DNA of 62,371 nt, counting the filler, from Basidiobolus ranarum (lineage: Eukaryota): assembly GCA_040143965.1 (NCBI GenBank). It is 26 parts of 26 records of this genome, joined end to end, with 100 filler letters (N's around TTAATTAATTAA, not from the genome) between each part and the next. Parts side by side here need not be neighbours in the genome. Positions count along the whole stretch, not along the records: positions 60,078 to 62,371 come from JASJQH010003510.1; 25 more parts are not named here. One strand, 5' to 3'. The notes below the pieces were generated by a model. It was given only the letters and a program-made list of their open reading frames with translations. It was not told the origin of the DNA and searched no databases. Below, in pieces: positions 62,080 to 62,371 of this stretch. The position numbers and the translations under genes were made by a program. Positions within the stretch are counted from its first letter, which is position 1. Every line of letters starts with the position of its first letter.

Positions 62080-62371
62080 AACCTAACATGCTGGAAACTA
62101 ACTCAAGTAAAGATGAAGCATTAATCAATTTACTGGATGTGTTCATTTCCAGCAATAGTGTAAGTAACGGGATTGTAATCCCCCAATTAGACAATAAATC
62201 AATAGTTGAGTAAAGTGCAACAGAAACACCATCAAGACCATCAAATTCTAAAATGGTTACTTTGCAAACTATTGGACAACCCTCCATAGAAAATCCAGAT
62301 GGAATTTTTACCACAAGGGAGTCACAGGCAGAGCCCCATAATGATTTGAATGCATTCATGAGTAAAAGCCA
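62080..62371 (+). mobile_element. CMC ORF X 5' fragment
   Basis: Matches 19296-19515 and the reverse complement of 17800-17990. Confidence 0.8.

Overview
This window is not a contiguous locus. It is 26 short contigs, sorted by length from 2316 down to 2294 bp, joined by 25 identical 100-bp artificial spacers (44 N + TTAATTAATTAA + 44 N). Adjacency across spacers has no biological meaning. The DNA is eukaryotic and fungal-like: short GT-AG introns with CTAAC/CTGAC branch points, a Zap1/ZafA-type zinc-finger gene and a ferrichrome-type NRPS. An early-diverging fungus such as Basidiobolus is a plausible but unproven source. Most of the sequence is decayed, CpG-depleted, nested transposable elements: at least three Ty1/copia LTR families with a half-tRNA-iMet primer-binding site (GGTTATGAGCCC), a high-copy CMC/EnSpm (CACTA-type) DNA transposon with CCCTAACA termini, PIF/Harbinger-like and Ty3/gypsy fragments, and a young TIR element. 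CpG-normal host islands carry a siderophore NRPS fragment, a 9-finger Zap1-like factor, several small secreted proteins, and two copies of a decayed cassette pairing an A-T-TE NRPS-like gene with a Gly/Asn/Tyr-repeat gene. The most notable observations are: (1) a 282-bp solo LTR with a 5-bp target duplication that contains a complete tRNA-like cloverleaf, seen twice; (2) a reconstructable two-gene, head-to-head CMC transposon whose second protein I do not recognise; (3) the duplicated quinone-synthetase-like plus repeat-protein cassette. All family calls come from motif recognition by eye; no searches were run. Boundaries of decayed elements are approximate.
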